From IMG/VR virus record IMGVR_UViG_3300014205_000174: 64,000 nt of DNA; one strand, given 5' to 3'. The notes under the pieces are model-generated. The model saw only the letters and a list, made by a program, of their open reading frames with translations. It was not told where the DNA came from and searched no databases. Of this stretch, positions 9,692-19,493 are shown one piece after another. Position numbers and translations under genes: made by a program. The first letter of the stretch is position 1. Every line of letters starts with the position of its first letter. The DNA comes from a virus. Lineage: Duplodnaviria > Caudoviricetes.

Positions 9692-10234
9692 ATGACACCA
9701 GATAAAGTAAAGAAAAGAATTTCCCCATACCTTGAAACCATTACAGAAGCATGTATATTTTATCCTTTATTGGATACTAAAGGATATGGCAGCATTCAAT
9801 ATAGGGTGCCAGGGAAGAAAGTGCATTACAGAGCGCATAGGGTCTCTTTTGAATTAGCAAATAACTGCGAATTACTGCAAGCAGATGTAATATTACACTC
9901 CTGCGATAATCCAGCATGCATTAACCCGCGCCATCTTACTAAGGGTACTCACGAAGATAATCAGCGGGATAAGATGGCTAAGGGCAGGCAGGCCAAGGGT
10001 AAAACCAATGGCAGATACGTGCATGGTTATTATTCAAAGTTTGAGCCTGTGGCAAAACCTGTTCCGGATTTTCAGACTTTATGTAACAGAAGTATTTCTC
10101 TTGAAACTGCAAAAGCGATTAAAAGCAGAATTAAAGTCGGCGGCTGCAAGTTAATAGACCTATCTAAGGAGTTCGGCATACCGTACCAAACTATAAAAGA
10201 TATTAGTGCAGGAAGGGCATATAAAAACGTATAG
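9692..10234 (+). CDS. HNH homing endonuclease
   Basis: GYGSI..AHRVSF..LHSCDNPACINPRHL..GTHEDNQRD plus a C-terminal HTH-like segment. Confidence 0.9.
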   Translation: MTPDKVKKRISPYLETITEACIFYPLLDTKGYGSIQYRVPGKKVHYRAHRVSFELANNCELLQADVILHSCDNPACINPRHLTKGTHEDNQRDKMAKGRQAKGKTNGRYVHGYYSKFEPVAKPVPDFQTLCNRSISLETAKAIKSRIKVGGCKLIDLSKEFGIPYQTIKDISAGRAYKNV

Positions 10235-10253
10235 CTGTCCAAAATTTTGATTT

Positions 10254-10277
10254 TTGGCACGAGTTTTGCTATATTTG
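10254..10277 (+). promoter_or_regulatory. overlapping sigma-54-type promoter and Bacteroidota -7 box upstream of tmRNA
   Basis: TTGGCACGAGTTTTGCT (10254-10270) and TATATTTG (10270-10277). Confidence 0.65.
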
Positions 10278-10283
10278 TGTTGC

Positions 10284-10690
10284 ACGTTTGTTGAGGCTTT
10301 TTGAGAATCTGTAAGACCCGAGTTCGACTCTCGGCGACTCCTCAAAATTGCGGTTAGTAATATATGTTGGTGTACAACAATTTATATGAAAGGGTGTATC
10401 CATTATTGCAGCTCCTGGAATTCAAACGGTTGAGCGCGAAAAAAATACACGGCGGCAGCCCGCAATGATATTATTAGTCATGAGTAAGTACATGACTCGC
10501 CACCCTATCAACACGGGGTCGACTGGCTATCGATTGCAGAGGATGGAAAGTGGAGAATGTGTAACATTGAACGGCAACACAATTGCTTTTACTCCGGTTT
10601 ACTCTATGAGAAAAACTGCGTAGTACGAAATTAAGCTCCAGCGAAAACGGGGCCAGAAGGAGCAGGCGTAAGTCTGCTCCTTTGCTTTTG
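10284..10690 (+). ncRNA. ssrA: circularly permuted (two-piece) tmRNA; outer ends approximate
   Basis: Acceptor piece first: TCTGTAA-GAC, T arm CCGAG-TTCGACT-CTCGG, CGACTCC (10335-10341). Coding piece later: GGGGTCG (10515-10521) pairs with it including G3-U70; TTGCAGA pairs with TCTGTAA; tag ORF 10573-10623 GNTIAFTPVYSMRKTA*; terminator hairpin near 10656-10690. Confidence 0.8.
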
Positions 10691-10695
10691 CGAAT

Positions 10696-10712
10696 TTGGC
10701 CCGATATTTGCG
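10696..10712 (+). promoter_or_regulatory. sigma-54-type promoter
   Basis: TTGGCCCGATATTTGCG upstream of the ATG at 10747. Confidence 0.55.
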
Positions 10713-10746
10713 AATAAATAAAATACAAAATACAAATAGCACAATC

Positions 10747-10914
10747 ATGACAGCAGAAGATATATCTACAAGCATTGAATCCATCCTGAACGGCGCTTCC
10801 AAAGAGTTAGGCCCTATGGATTATAAGCGTCTCTTGCGCGACATCCGTTCTGAAATTGATATTAGGATTGATTGTTTGGAATTGGATGAGCAGAATGCCC
10901 AGGCTGAGGGCTAA
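10747..10914 (+). CDS. small hypothetical protein
   Basis: MTAEDIST... with an A-rich leader. Confidence 0.55.
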   Translation: MTAEDISTSIESILNGASKELGPMDYKRLLRDIRSEIDIRIDCLELDEQNAQAEG

Positions 10915-11147
10915 GCGGTCATTTTTATTTCCATCGTAATGGCTAATTTAGCTTTTTGCCTTTCTGTTTTAGGGCTAATTACTTTATTTGGCTGGCAAAA
11001 TATGCACGAACATGGCTTTCCATGAGACCGGAATGCGTGGAGGTTACTGGTATCGGATTCCTTCAGACCATAATTTTTAAGACGCTTTTTGTACTTAAGC
11101 ATCTTCTTTTCATGTCGTAGGGCTTTGTTTGCGTTTTTCATTACCAT
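10911..11147 (-). CDS. small basic protein with a CSCxxC motif
   Basis: Lys/Arg-rich; HGKPCSCIFCQP. Confidence 0.6.
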   Translation of the reverse strand: MVMKNANKALRHEKKMLKYKKRLKNYGLKESDTSNLHAFRSHGKPCSCIFCQPNKVISPKTERQKAKLAITMEIKMTA

Positions 11148-11328
11148 CGTTTTTGATATCCAGCATGATAGATGCCGCTGTTAAAGATACACCAATAGTC
11201 ATGGCTGTATTCCACCTGTATGCATCCGGATTGGTTGCCTGTGATATCGCATAAACAAACGCGCCAAGAGCTATAATGGATAAGCACTGCGACAATTCAC
11301 TTTTTTTACCACCCTCAATCGTGTACAT
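11110..11328 (-). CDS. small two-helix membrane protein
   Basis: Two hydrophobic segments. Confidence 0.45.
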   Translation of the reverse strand: MYTIEGGKKSELSQCLSIIALGAFVYAISQATNPDAYRWNTAMTIGVSLTAASIMLDIKNDGNEKRKQSPTT

Positions 11329-11448
11329 AGTAATCTGGCTGCTTAATAAAGAGAAATATTTGTAAATATATGAAATCTACTTTAAAATAGGTCGGCAATA
11401 GTTTTTTTTATCGAATTAAACAACTATTTTTGTAAATATTTTAATTTT

Positions 11449-11928
11449 ATGCTGTTTACTAATAGCCAGATAATCAAGAGTGGAAAGGATTATATGATAG
11501 GCGCTGCTAATACTAAAAGCGAGGTATCGTATAACAACTATATACTTGCGGTGGAAAATCGCATACTAACGCTTGTGGTGCATTCTGTGAAAGAGAATAT
11601 GTCACATGGCGCTACTAAAGAAAAGGCTATTTCGGACATTGTTACGTTTATTTATTCCAAAATATCCATACGTAATAAAACATACCCTGATACAGAAGAG
11701 GGGATTGTGGATGAAATCATGGAGTCTGAGGAATTTCGGAACTGGAGTTATGATATCTGGTATAAGTTCAAAAATACACATCTGGGCGTAGTTGGTAAGG
11801 ATACGCCAATATCGGCACACGGGAAATTGCATCCCGATATTGATGCCGATACTGTGGAGCTGGTAGAAAAGGAAGATTCATTGCAATTGGTTATTGACGG
11901 GCTTGCAGGATTAAATTTTACTGACTAA
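11449..11928 (+). CDS. hypothetical protein
   Basis: First ORF of the long + strand operon. Confidence 0.65.
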   Translation: MLFTNSQIIKSGKDYMIGAANTKSEVSYNNYILAVENRILTLVVHSVKENMSHGATKEKAISDIVTFIYSKISIRNKTYPDTEEGIVDEIMESEEFRNWSYDIWYKFKNTHLGVVGKDTPISAHGKLHPDIDADTVELVEKEDSLQLVIDGLAGLNFTD

Positions 11929-11943
11929 ATAATTAGTTTTCTC

Positions 11944-14900
11944 ATGGCGGATACAACCCTTAAGGAATTAACGGAGATTGTAGAAAATGATGGTAAAAGA
12001 TTAGAAAAAAATCTTTCCATTGTAAGTGATGTTATTGTAAAGGAGGAGACTATCTATGACGGCACCGATGCCGGAGAAGATGAATTTAAAGTGATACCCA
12101 CGCCGAATTTTAGCGATGCAAAATCTGTAGGTACCGTGCTCCCTATCAACATGGTGAGCGAAACGGTAAATAATCTTTCCCAGTTAGCCAACCAGTTTGA
12201 CCTGGTAGACCATGTAAAGGAAAAACTAAATTACGCAAGCAGGATTGAGGTGATACGTATATTCTCCAGTGAGCAGGTGGACGCCATTGTGTTGGCTATC
12301 CGCCAGTTTGAGAAAGGGAATGCCTTTATCCTTGGTGATTCTGCCGGTATAGGTAAGGGCCGCGTTGTTGCGGGCATGCTTCGTTACGCATACCAGAACA
12401 AGCATATCCCTATATTCGTTACACATAAGCCATTCCTGTTTTCGGATATCTATCGCGACATTAAAAAAATAGGTGGTTTTGGCGCTGAGAAAGCTGGCAA
12501 AATCATTGAGCCGGTACCATTTATTTTAAATTCAGGCAATAAAGAAGAATGCATCATCAAGGACTTTGATGGGCGGATAGTGGCGTCGCCACTAAGTAGC
12601 GGCATGACGCTTAAGGTGTGCGAAAGTCTCGAACTGCCGAAAAAAGGGAACCGTAAGTTTGATTTCTGGTTTAACTGCGTGTTCATGACTTATTCGCAGT
12701 TGTCCAATATTCGCACAGATACAAAGCAGCGTTTCTTAGAAGCAATTATTTCTAATTCGGTAATAACTTTCGATGAAAGCCATAATGCCGCAAGCACAAA
12801 TGCCGCTTCGAAAGTGCTTTTGCGCTCACTCCCATTGATAGAACAGGCAAAGGGCGTATTATTCTCATCGGCCACCTATGCCAAGAACCCGGACGTTTTC
12901 CCGCTGTATGTTGCGCGCACATCACTGCGCTCTGCGGTGCCAGACCTCGCGGTTGTTTCTGATGCCTTGAAGGTTGGCGGGGAGAATGTTTCTGAGTATA
13001 TAGCTAGTGGTCTTGTGAAAGAAGGGCAGATGATACGCCGTGAGCGCAGTTTTGGCGACTGCGAAAAAGTTACTTTATACGTTGATGATGCAAACCAGCG
13101 TCCTTTTTACGATGAGGCCATAAGCTATTTTAAAGAGCTCCGTGACTTTTCGAAAAGCCAGTTTGCGCAGAGCGCTATACGGGCGGCTATTTACAGAAAA
13201 TGCGACAGCATTGACAGGGAGATAGCCGACATGGAAGCATATAGGGCCTGTTTTGGTGGTAGCCAGGAAGAGCGTGACATTGCTCGCAGGAACTTCATTG
13301 GTGAAAATCGCGGCAAATACGTTCTGAAATACACTACAGACTCTATTACCCGGTATAAAATGTTCTTCAAGGAGAATTTATTTTATGCCATTAAGGCGAA
13401 ATTTGCCGCAGATAAAATAATAGAGACGCTGAATAGCCCGGTACAATACACCAATGTGGACGGACGTTCCTATACAGCCCCTAAAAAGCCAATTATTGCC
13501 ATCCGCAATACGAATGAGAGCATATTCAACATGCTTGATTTCGAAGAGGGGTCAACAACCAATAATGACTTTTCGGAGTATCTGCGTGCGATATTCAAAA
13601 AAATATTCGCAGGTGCATTTACGCTCAGAAAGGTTGATAATTACGTATTCGAGTCGAGGCCGGCATTGATTGAGCGCGGCATTGATATTGAGGAGTTGTT
13701 TGAAAAGTACGACTATGAAGTGCAGATGTCCGACTTTTCGGATAATGGCACAAGGGTACAGGCTATTCAAAGTCGCCTGAATGCCTATACGTCGCAGCTC
13801 CCCATGTCGTTTATTGATTACTTTAAGGACAGGATTAATACTGCCGAAAGGTCTTCTGTGTATTTCAATGATGACGGTACCGCTAAATATGGCAACGCCA
13901 GCCCGTATTACCGGTTCAATGAGGCGACGGGCCGCAAGTCGATGCTGAAGCGGGAGGGGGATTCGTTCGTGTATACACGAAATGATAAAATGGCAAGCAC
14001 TACCGATGCCTTCAGGGCCTATAATAACGGCACCACGGACGTGCTCATGATTAATGTGAGCGCATCTACCGGTGGTTCGGCCCAGTCGAGCCCGGATGAG
14101 GGCGCTGACACAAGGCCAAGGGATATGTTTATTGTCCAGTTCGAACTGGATATCAATGTGGAGGTGCAGAAACGCGGTCGTATTAATAGGACGGGGCAAT
14201 TAAATAACCCTACCTACACCTATGTAATCTCCAAAATACCGGTAGAATTAAGGACATACCTGATGTTCCGCAGGAAACTGCGTAAGCTTGACGCCAATAC
14301 CAGCGCTAACCAGTCCGCATCATCCGAACTGTCAGAAATACCTGACGCATATGGTAACCCGATACAGGACTTGTTTAATGTGTATGGGTTTGAGGTGTTC
14401 AAGAATGAATTCATCAATGAGCCTGGGTATGCGGATTATAAAGTAATATTCGACGAACTTATAGGCGAAGGCGCTATTGGTTCAGATAAAGAGGCCGAGG
14501 ATTATATCGCCGAGGAAGTAGAGTTCAATATTGAGACATTCAATAAGTTTATCAGGGAACTGGAGTTATATCCTGCGGACTTCCAGGAAACATTCTTTGA
14601 CGTAATGAATGTAAAGTACATTGATTACGTAGAGAAGCTAAAGCAGACCGGCGACTACCAACTGGAATTAGTAGCAAAAAACTACAAGGCCTCTCCGAAA
14701 CAGCGGGTAGTAATCCGCCTTAACAGCGGCAGCACTATCTTCTCTATGCCTTTATTTCTCGAAGATGATTATACGCTGGAGGATACAAGGGCGTGGACTA
14801 AGGAGCGCGTGGAAACAAAAGTAAATGAGCTCGCCGGCGGAAAGCCATTTATGGAATTCCATACGGAACTGCTAAGGGATTATAATGCGCGTTTCCAGCA

Positions 14901-16611
14901 ATATAAAGCAGATACGATAGCCAATATACGCTCCGGCGCTCCGGTAAGAAGTGAATACGAGTCGCAGATTGAATACGATGAGGCTGTGGTGAAATTAGAC
15001 CGCAGGGTGGCAATGACCATACAAGCCCTTGACACCCAGAAGGCGGACATGCTCAGCATGATGATATACTTCACGCCTAAGCGTAAGGTGAGCTATGGCG
15101 GTAACCTCGGCATGTTTGTGGGGTATAAGATAAAAGAGGGTACCAATAAGTTTAAGTATTCCGCTGGCAGCATACAGTTTATATTCTGCTTCCTGAACAA
15201 GTACCCGGTACTGCACCTTAAACTATCTTCCGACCTGGAAGCGTTGACTGAAATACAAAATCAGTCCAACCAGGTATTTGCTGCGGGGGCTCCGAGAGAA
15301 ACATGGGATGCTATTACAAGGTGGCGTCCGAATCCCGACAAGCGAACTGTACGTCGTTTCCTCAGCGGCAATGTGCTCAGTGCGATTGTAGAGGCCAATA
15401 AAAGAAAGCAGAAAAAAACAATCAAGAATTTTTCTCTTGTACGTTATACAAATATAGACAGTAGCATCTCTACGGCTATAGAGCTCAAGTATACGGTTGA
15501 CCTAAGAGAGTCTGACCGTATACCGGAAAGCGCCACGCCTTTATCTGTGGCCTGTACGAACGAAAAGTTTATCGACTACATAAAATTAATGCCGATAACC
15601 TACGAGAATATGGCGGTTATTCCTGTTTGGGATGAAAATTTACGGGTTGTTCTTGTAAAGAAAATGGAGAACGATACCTCCATGCTGTATATCAATGTTA
15701 TCGGGTACATTTATAAGAATGAGCTGGTGAACTCAGCATCAAAAAATTACAACCCGGTATATGTAGACGCTACCCTTGAACGCACATACGCCAGTCATTT
15801 TGTGGATAGTGAGGGTAAGATAAAGGTAAACTACTTTCCCAAGGGGAAGATGGAGGCAATTGAAGGGCAGGGTCTGCAATGGGTTGAGAATACGGAGGGC
15901 AATAAGGGCGTGTACGTGAAGTCCTATGTTTTTGATTTGGAGAACGAAAGACATCTGGAGCGCCTGAAGAACTTCTTTACGGACGTGTATACCCGACACG
16001 AAATGACCTTTAACTTCCGTTCGAGCATCGACGACTATTATTTCATTGAATTGCAGTCTGATACGTATAATCCTAATGACCAGGGCGCTGTAGCGGAGCG
16101 TTTTGAGGTGGGAGAGTATGAGTATAAATTCAGTAAAATGACTCCGGAAAGTGTTGTCAGGAGTATCCCCGGATTTGTACGCTCGGTGTCAAACGGGTTT
16201 AATGGCGGGGTAATCTTAAATAAACCATTGCCGCCTACTATGCTGCCATCATACAATCTTAAGCCATATGGCTTAACTAATGAAATGATGATTAACATGT
16301 TTTTGTCCGAGCTGAATATTACGGACAAGACAGAGTTCAGGCAGAATCTTAGGGAAATTGCTGGAAGGGGTAATGATTTCGAAACGGGGCAATATGCGGA
16401 AAGGTTTATCCGCACAAAATCGGTACCCATCGTATATTTCTTTGGCGACTTGCGCTCTTCCGATTACGGCAAAATACTAAGTAATTATATCCTTGACCAG
16501 GATTATTCGACATTAGCTTTTGAGTCATCTGAGCAAAGAGGGGAGCTAAAGCCATTAAAAACAGCGCCGACATTTGAAGATGCTGAAAACTTTTTGATAT
16601 ATTTGCTGTAA
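11944..16611 (+). CDS. Strawberry-notch-family SF2 helicase/NTPase
   Basis: FILGDSAGIGKGR, TYSQL, FDESHNA, SSATYA, GQMIRRERSF, QKRGRINRTGQLNNPTY, KLRKLDANTS. Confidence 0.88.
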   Translation: MADTTLKELTEIVENDGKRLEKNLSIVSDVIVKEETIYDGTDAGEDEFKVIPTPNFSDAKSVGTVLPINMVSETVNNLSQLANQFDLVDHVKEKLNYASRIEVIRIFSSEQVDAIVLAIRQFEKGNAFILGDSAGIGKGRVVAGMLRYAYQNKHIPIFVTHKPFLFSDIYRDIKKIGGFGAEKAGKIIEPVPFILNSGNKEECIIKDFDGRIVASPLSSGMTLKVCESLELPKKGNRKFDFWFNCVFMTYSQLSNIRTDTKQRFLEAIISNSVITFDESHNAASTNAASKVLLRSLPLIEQAKGVLFSSATYAKNPDVFPLYVARTSLRSAVPDLAVVSDALKVGGENVSEYIASGLVKEGQMIRRERSFGDCEKVTLYVDDANQRPFYDEAISYFKELRDFSKSQFAQSAIRAAIYRKCDSIDREIADMEAYRACFGGSQEERDIARRNFIGENRGKYVLKYTTDSITRYKMFFKENLFYAIKAKFAADKIIETLNSPVQYTNVDGRSYTAPKKPIIAIRNTNESIFNMLDFEEGSTTNNDFSEYLRAIFKKIFAGAFTLRKVDNYVFESRPALIERGIDIEELFEKYDYEVQMSDFSDNGTRVQAIQSRLNAYTSQLPMSFIDYFKDRINTAERSSVYFNDDGTAKYGNASPYYRFNEATGRKSMLKREGDSFVYTRNDKMASTTDAFRAYNNGTTDVLMINVSASTGGSAQSSPDEGADTRPRDMFIVQFELDINVEVQKRGRINRTGQLNNPTYTYVISKIPVELRTYLMFRRKLRKLDANTSANQSASSELSEIPDAYGNPIQDLFNVYGFEVFKNEFINEPGYADYKVIFDELIGEGAIGSDKEAEDYIAEEVEFNIETFNKFIRELELYPADFQETFFDVMNVKYIDYVEKLKQTGDYQLELVAKNYKASPKQRVVIRLNSGSTIFSMPLFLEDDYTLEDTRAWTKERVETKVNELAGGKPFMEFHTELLRDYNARFQQYKADTIANIRSGAPVRSEYESQIEYDEAVVKLDRRVAMTIQALDTQKADMLSMMIYFTPKRKVSYGGNLGMFVGYKIKEGTNKFKYSAGSIQFIFCFLNKYPVLHLKLSSDLEALTEIQNQSNQVFAAGAPRETWDAITRWRPNPDKRTVRRFLSGNVLSAIVEANKRKQKKTIKNFSLVRYTNIDSSISTAIELKYTVDLRESDRIPESATPLSVACTNEKFIDYIKLMPITYENMAVIPVWDENLRVVLVKKMENDTSMLYINVIGYIYKNELVNSASKNYNPVYVDATLERTYASHFVDSEGKIKVNYFPKGKMEAIEGQGLQWVENTEGNKGVYVKSYVFDLENERHLERLKNFFTDVYTRHEMTFNFRSSIDDYYFIELQSDTYNPNDQGAVAERFEVGEYEYKFSKMTPESVVRSIPGFVRSVSNGFNGGVILNKPLPPTMLPSYNLKPYGLTNEMMINMFLSELNITDKTEFRQNLREIAGRGNDFETGQYAERFIRTKSVPIVYFFGDLRSSDYGKILSNYILDQDYSTLAFESSEQRGELKPLKTAPTFEDAENFLIYLL

Positions 16612-16652
16612 GTAATAATAGTAGTTAAAACTAAGTTTTTTATCACTGTCTT

Positions 16653-17165
16653 ATGGAGAACAGCACGAGATTTCTTATTGGTGTAGTTGGCGTAGGGACG
16701 CTCGGGTTCTTTATACACCCTTGGCTATTTCCCCGTACCGGTACTGCTACAAAGGATACGAAGACTAGGCCGAGCGTAAAAAATCTTGTAAATAACATAA
16801 AGCAGGGCATCGGCCCCGACCAGGCGTACATCGATAGCGTAAAAGCGGAAAAACTTCAAATAAAAAAAGAATCCCAGCCGCCAATTACGAATGCCTACCA
16901 GTGGGACGCGCCTGAGAATGTCAAGGACTTGCCTTATTGGGGAGATGTTGCAAGTAAGGCGCTGGACAAAGAAAAAAAAACAGGTGAATTTTTGGCGTCT
17001 ATTGGAGGGTTTAGCGGTAGTCAATACTATTACCCAAATGCAGAGCGAATACTCATGATAAAATATGCTATCGAAAATGGGCTAATGGACAAACCAACAA
17101 CACCTCCGACAGTGCAATACGCTTCGTTTACCGAAGATGAGCGCAGGTGGCAGGAATTTAGGTAA
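16653..17165 (+). CDS. single-TM protein, paralogue of 50057 and 53532
   Basis: N-terminal TM MENSTRFLIGVVGV; C-terminus YASFTEDERRWQEFR. Confidence 0.7.
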   Translation: MENSTRFLIGVVGVGTLGFFIHPWLFPRTGTATKDTKTRPSVKNLVNNIKQGIGPDQAYIDSVKAEKLQIKKESQPPITNAYQWDAPENVKDLPYWGDVASKALDKEKKTGEFLASIGGFSGSQYYYPNAERILMIKYAIENGLMDKPTTPPTVQYASFTEDERRWQEFR

Positions 17166-17199
17166 TGCAGAACGATAAATAACGTAAAACTTTTTCAAT

Positions 17200-19464
17200 A
17201 TGCCTAACGAAAACGAAATCATACAGCAAGCAATAGACCAGGTAAGACGCGATATTCTTGCGAACAAGGATTTTGTGCGCGGTATACTGAAGGATATTAA
17301 GCTCACAAAAGACAACATTGACCCCAATTTAATCTACGCGCTCATGACACAATTTGCTTCAAATCAGCAGCCAAGAAGGCCGCAATCGAATGCGCCAAAA
17401 GAAATTGCAGACGGCGACAAGGCCGTAGCAAAGCCAATTGCCATTTCCGTGGACAGCCTTGAATCAAAGGTTGTGGCGGACTTGCTGTCCGGTAATAACG
17501 TGTATTTATACGGCAAGGCCGGTAGCGGTAAGGCTCAGCCGTTGTATTCGAAGATAGCCACACCCGATGGCTGGAAGGCCATGGGTGACTTGTCAAAAGG
17601 GGATACTGTTTATTCTTCTGACGGTAAGCCAACTAAGGTGACTGGCGTATTTGACAGGGGCGTGAGGGATATTTATCGCATTACCTTTTCTGATGGGTCG
17701 TATACTGATTGTTGCGACGAGCATTTATGGGCTGTGTATAATTATAATTACATGGCTGGTAAAGAAACAAAGGTGATGGCGCTGAGTGCTTTTAAGGATA
17801 ATATTATTAAGAAGCACGGAGGTGGTAAGTATAGAATACCTATAAGCCAGGCTGTTCAATACAAGGCTAAGAAGCATGTAATACACCCATATGTATTGGG
17901 CGTAATATTGGGTGATGGCGGCATGACAAATGAGAATATTACTATCACCACGCCGGATACTTTTATTGTAAAAAAAGTATCCGCATTACTACCGGATACT
18001 TTGGAGCTGAGGCTGTTTAAGCAAGAAGAAGGCAAGTGCCCAACATACGGTATCCGGCTAAAAGATAAAAAGACTAAAATAAATGTTTATCGGCATGAAT
18101 TAATAAGGCTGGGCCTGATGTATAAGAAGTCAATAGATAAATCAATACCGGCAGAATATCTGTTTGATTCTATTGAAAACAGGCAGCAATTATTACTGGG
18201 TCTTAATGATACGGATGGTTCTGCTAGCGTATCAATGGAGTTTAGCACTTCATCTGAGAAATTATCACAGGATTACGTGGAGCTGATTCAGTCCCTTGGC
18301 GGTACATGCAGGGTGAAATCAAGGATACCGAAATTCAAAAACAGTAAAGGGGAAGTTGCTTATGGCCATGTAAGCTTCCGGCTTTATCCAAAAGTGATGA
18401 ATGAGCTGGAGCTGTTTTCGTTGCCGTCTAAAAAGAGTAAAGTTCCCAAGCGTACAAAGTATTTCCCGTCAAGGGTGATTTATAGTGTTGAATTTATAGG
18501 TAAGCTGCCAGCAAGATGTATATCTGTTGCGAATGAAAGTCATTTATATCTTACCGATAGCTACATCGTAACGCATAATACCTACCTCGCCGAAGCCATA
18601 GCAACAACTATCATGGGCCAGAAGAAGTTCCTGATAAATTGTTCGCAATGGACGTCCCCTGTGCAGCTTATTGGCGGCCAGACCATTAAGGGCTACCAGG
18701 AAGGGGAATTGATTAAGGCGTGGGCTCAGGGTGGGATACTTATACTTGATGAGTTGCCCAAGCTTGACCCGAATACGGCCAGTCTGCTTAATGCTGCACT
18801 GGCAGAGACAGCCGCTCAGCCGAAATACGATGATGCGGGAAATGTAATACCCAGCACTATTCCTTCTATCACCAATGGTCGTGGTGATGTTATTTATAAG
18901 GGACAAGACCAGGCCGACCCGGCATTGAAATTCAGGTTTGGGGTAATTGGTACCGGTAACACGGATATGAAGACCGTGGGTAATAAATACGGCGGTAACC
19001 AAAAGCAGGACTATTCACTTGTGGACAGGTTTGCCGGCTCTTATTACCTGCTTGATTATTCACGTGATACGGAGATGCGCCTCACCTACCCTTATGTGTA
19101 CGGTGTATGTGCTGCCATACGTAAATTCCTTGACGCACGTGATTCCGTGGAAAGCATATCGCTTCGTACCATGCTCAACATGAACAGGACATATGAGCAG
19201 GAGATGCTGTATAAGCTGGAGAACAGCCCGTTTGCCGATGAGATTTTCGACAACAACGGGAATGAAATCCCTCCAAAAACTATTGATAATTCCATCGATA
19301 GCTTTTTGTCTATGCTGGACAAGCAAAAGATGAATGACCTGCTCGACGATACCGACTTTAAGAACGCGCGTAACAGCACGGATAATAATGTCGAGACATT
19401 CATCCGGCACTTTAAAGCCAAGTATCATCTTGACCCGATTACCGGAGAAAGAGTCAAGAAGTAG
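17200..19464 (+). CDS. MoxR/CbbQ-like AAA+ ATPase containing an intein
   Basis: Walker A GKAGSGK|T split by the intein; Walker B ILILDE; GTGNT sensor; LVDRF arginine finger; ISLR. Confidence 0.88.
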   Translation: MPNENEIIQQAIDQVRRDILANKDFVRGILKDIKLTKDNIDPNLIYALMTQFASNQQPRRPQSNAPKEIADGDKAVAKPIAISVDSLESKVVADLLSGNNVYLYGKAGSGKAQPLYSKIATPDGWKAMGDLSKGDTVYSSDGKPTKVTGVFDRGVRDIYRITFSDGSYTDCCDEHLWAVYNYNYMAGKETKVMALSAFKDNIIKKHGGGKYRIPISQAVQYKAKKHVIHPYVLGVILGDGGMTNENITITTPDTFIVKKVSALLPDTLELRLFKQEEGKCPTYGIRLKDKKTKINVYRHELIRLGLMYKKSIDKSIPAEYLFDSIENRQQLLLGLNDTDGSASVSMEFSTSSEKLSQDYVELIQSLGGTCRVKSRIPKFKNSKGEVAYGHVSFRLYPKVMNELELFSLPSKKSKVPKRTKYFPSRVIYSVEFIGKLPARCISVANESHLYLTDSYIVTHNTYLAEAIATTIMGQKKFLINCSQWTSPVQLIGGQTIKGYQEGELIKAWAQGGILILDELPKLDPNTASLLNAALAETAAQPKYDDAGNVIPSTIPSITNGRGDVIYKGQDQADPALKFRFGVIGTGNTDMKTVGNKYGGNQKQDYSLVDRFAGSYYLLDYSRDTEMRLTYPYVYGVCAAIRKFLDARDSVESISLRTMLNMNRTYEQEMLYKLENSPFADEIFDNNGNEIPPKTIDNSIDSFLSMLDKQKMNDLLDDTDFKNARNSTDNNVETFIRHFKAKYHLDPITGERVKK
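17533..18579 (+). mobile_element. class 3 intein (349 aa) with a LAGLIDADG homing endonuclease
   Basis: Starts AQPL, ends VTHN before Thr; W in EHLW, C in RCISV, T in VTHN (WCT triad); LGVILGDGG and LLGLNDTDGS motifs. Confidence 0.88.
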
Positions 19465-19493
19465 TTTCATTACCCATTACTAAACAACGATGA

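Noticed and set aside
10318-10345. Ordinary tRNA or tRNA-fragment att site
   Set aside because: No upstream D or anticodon arm; the complementary acceptor strand is downstream at 10515, which fits a permuted tmRNA
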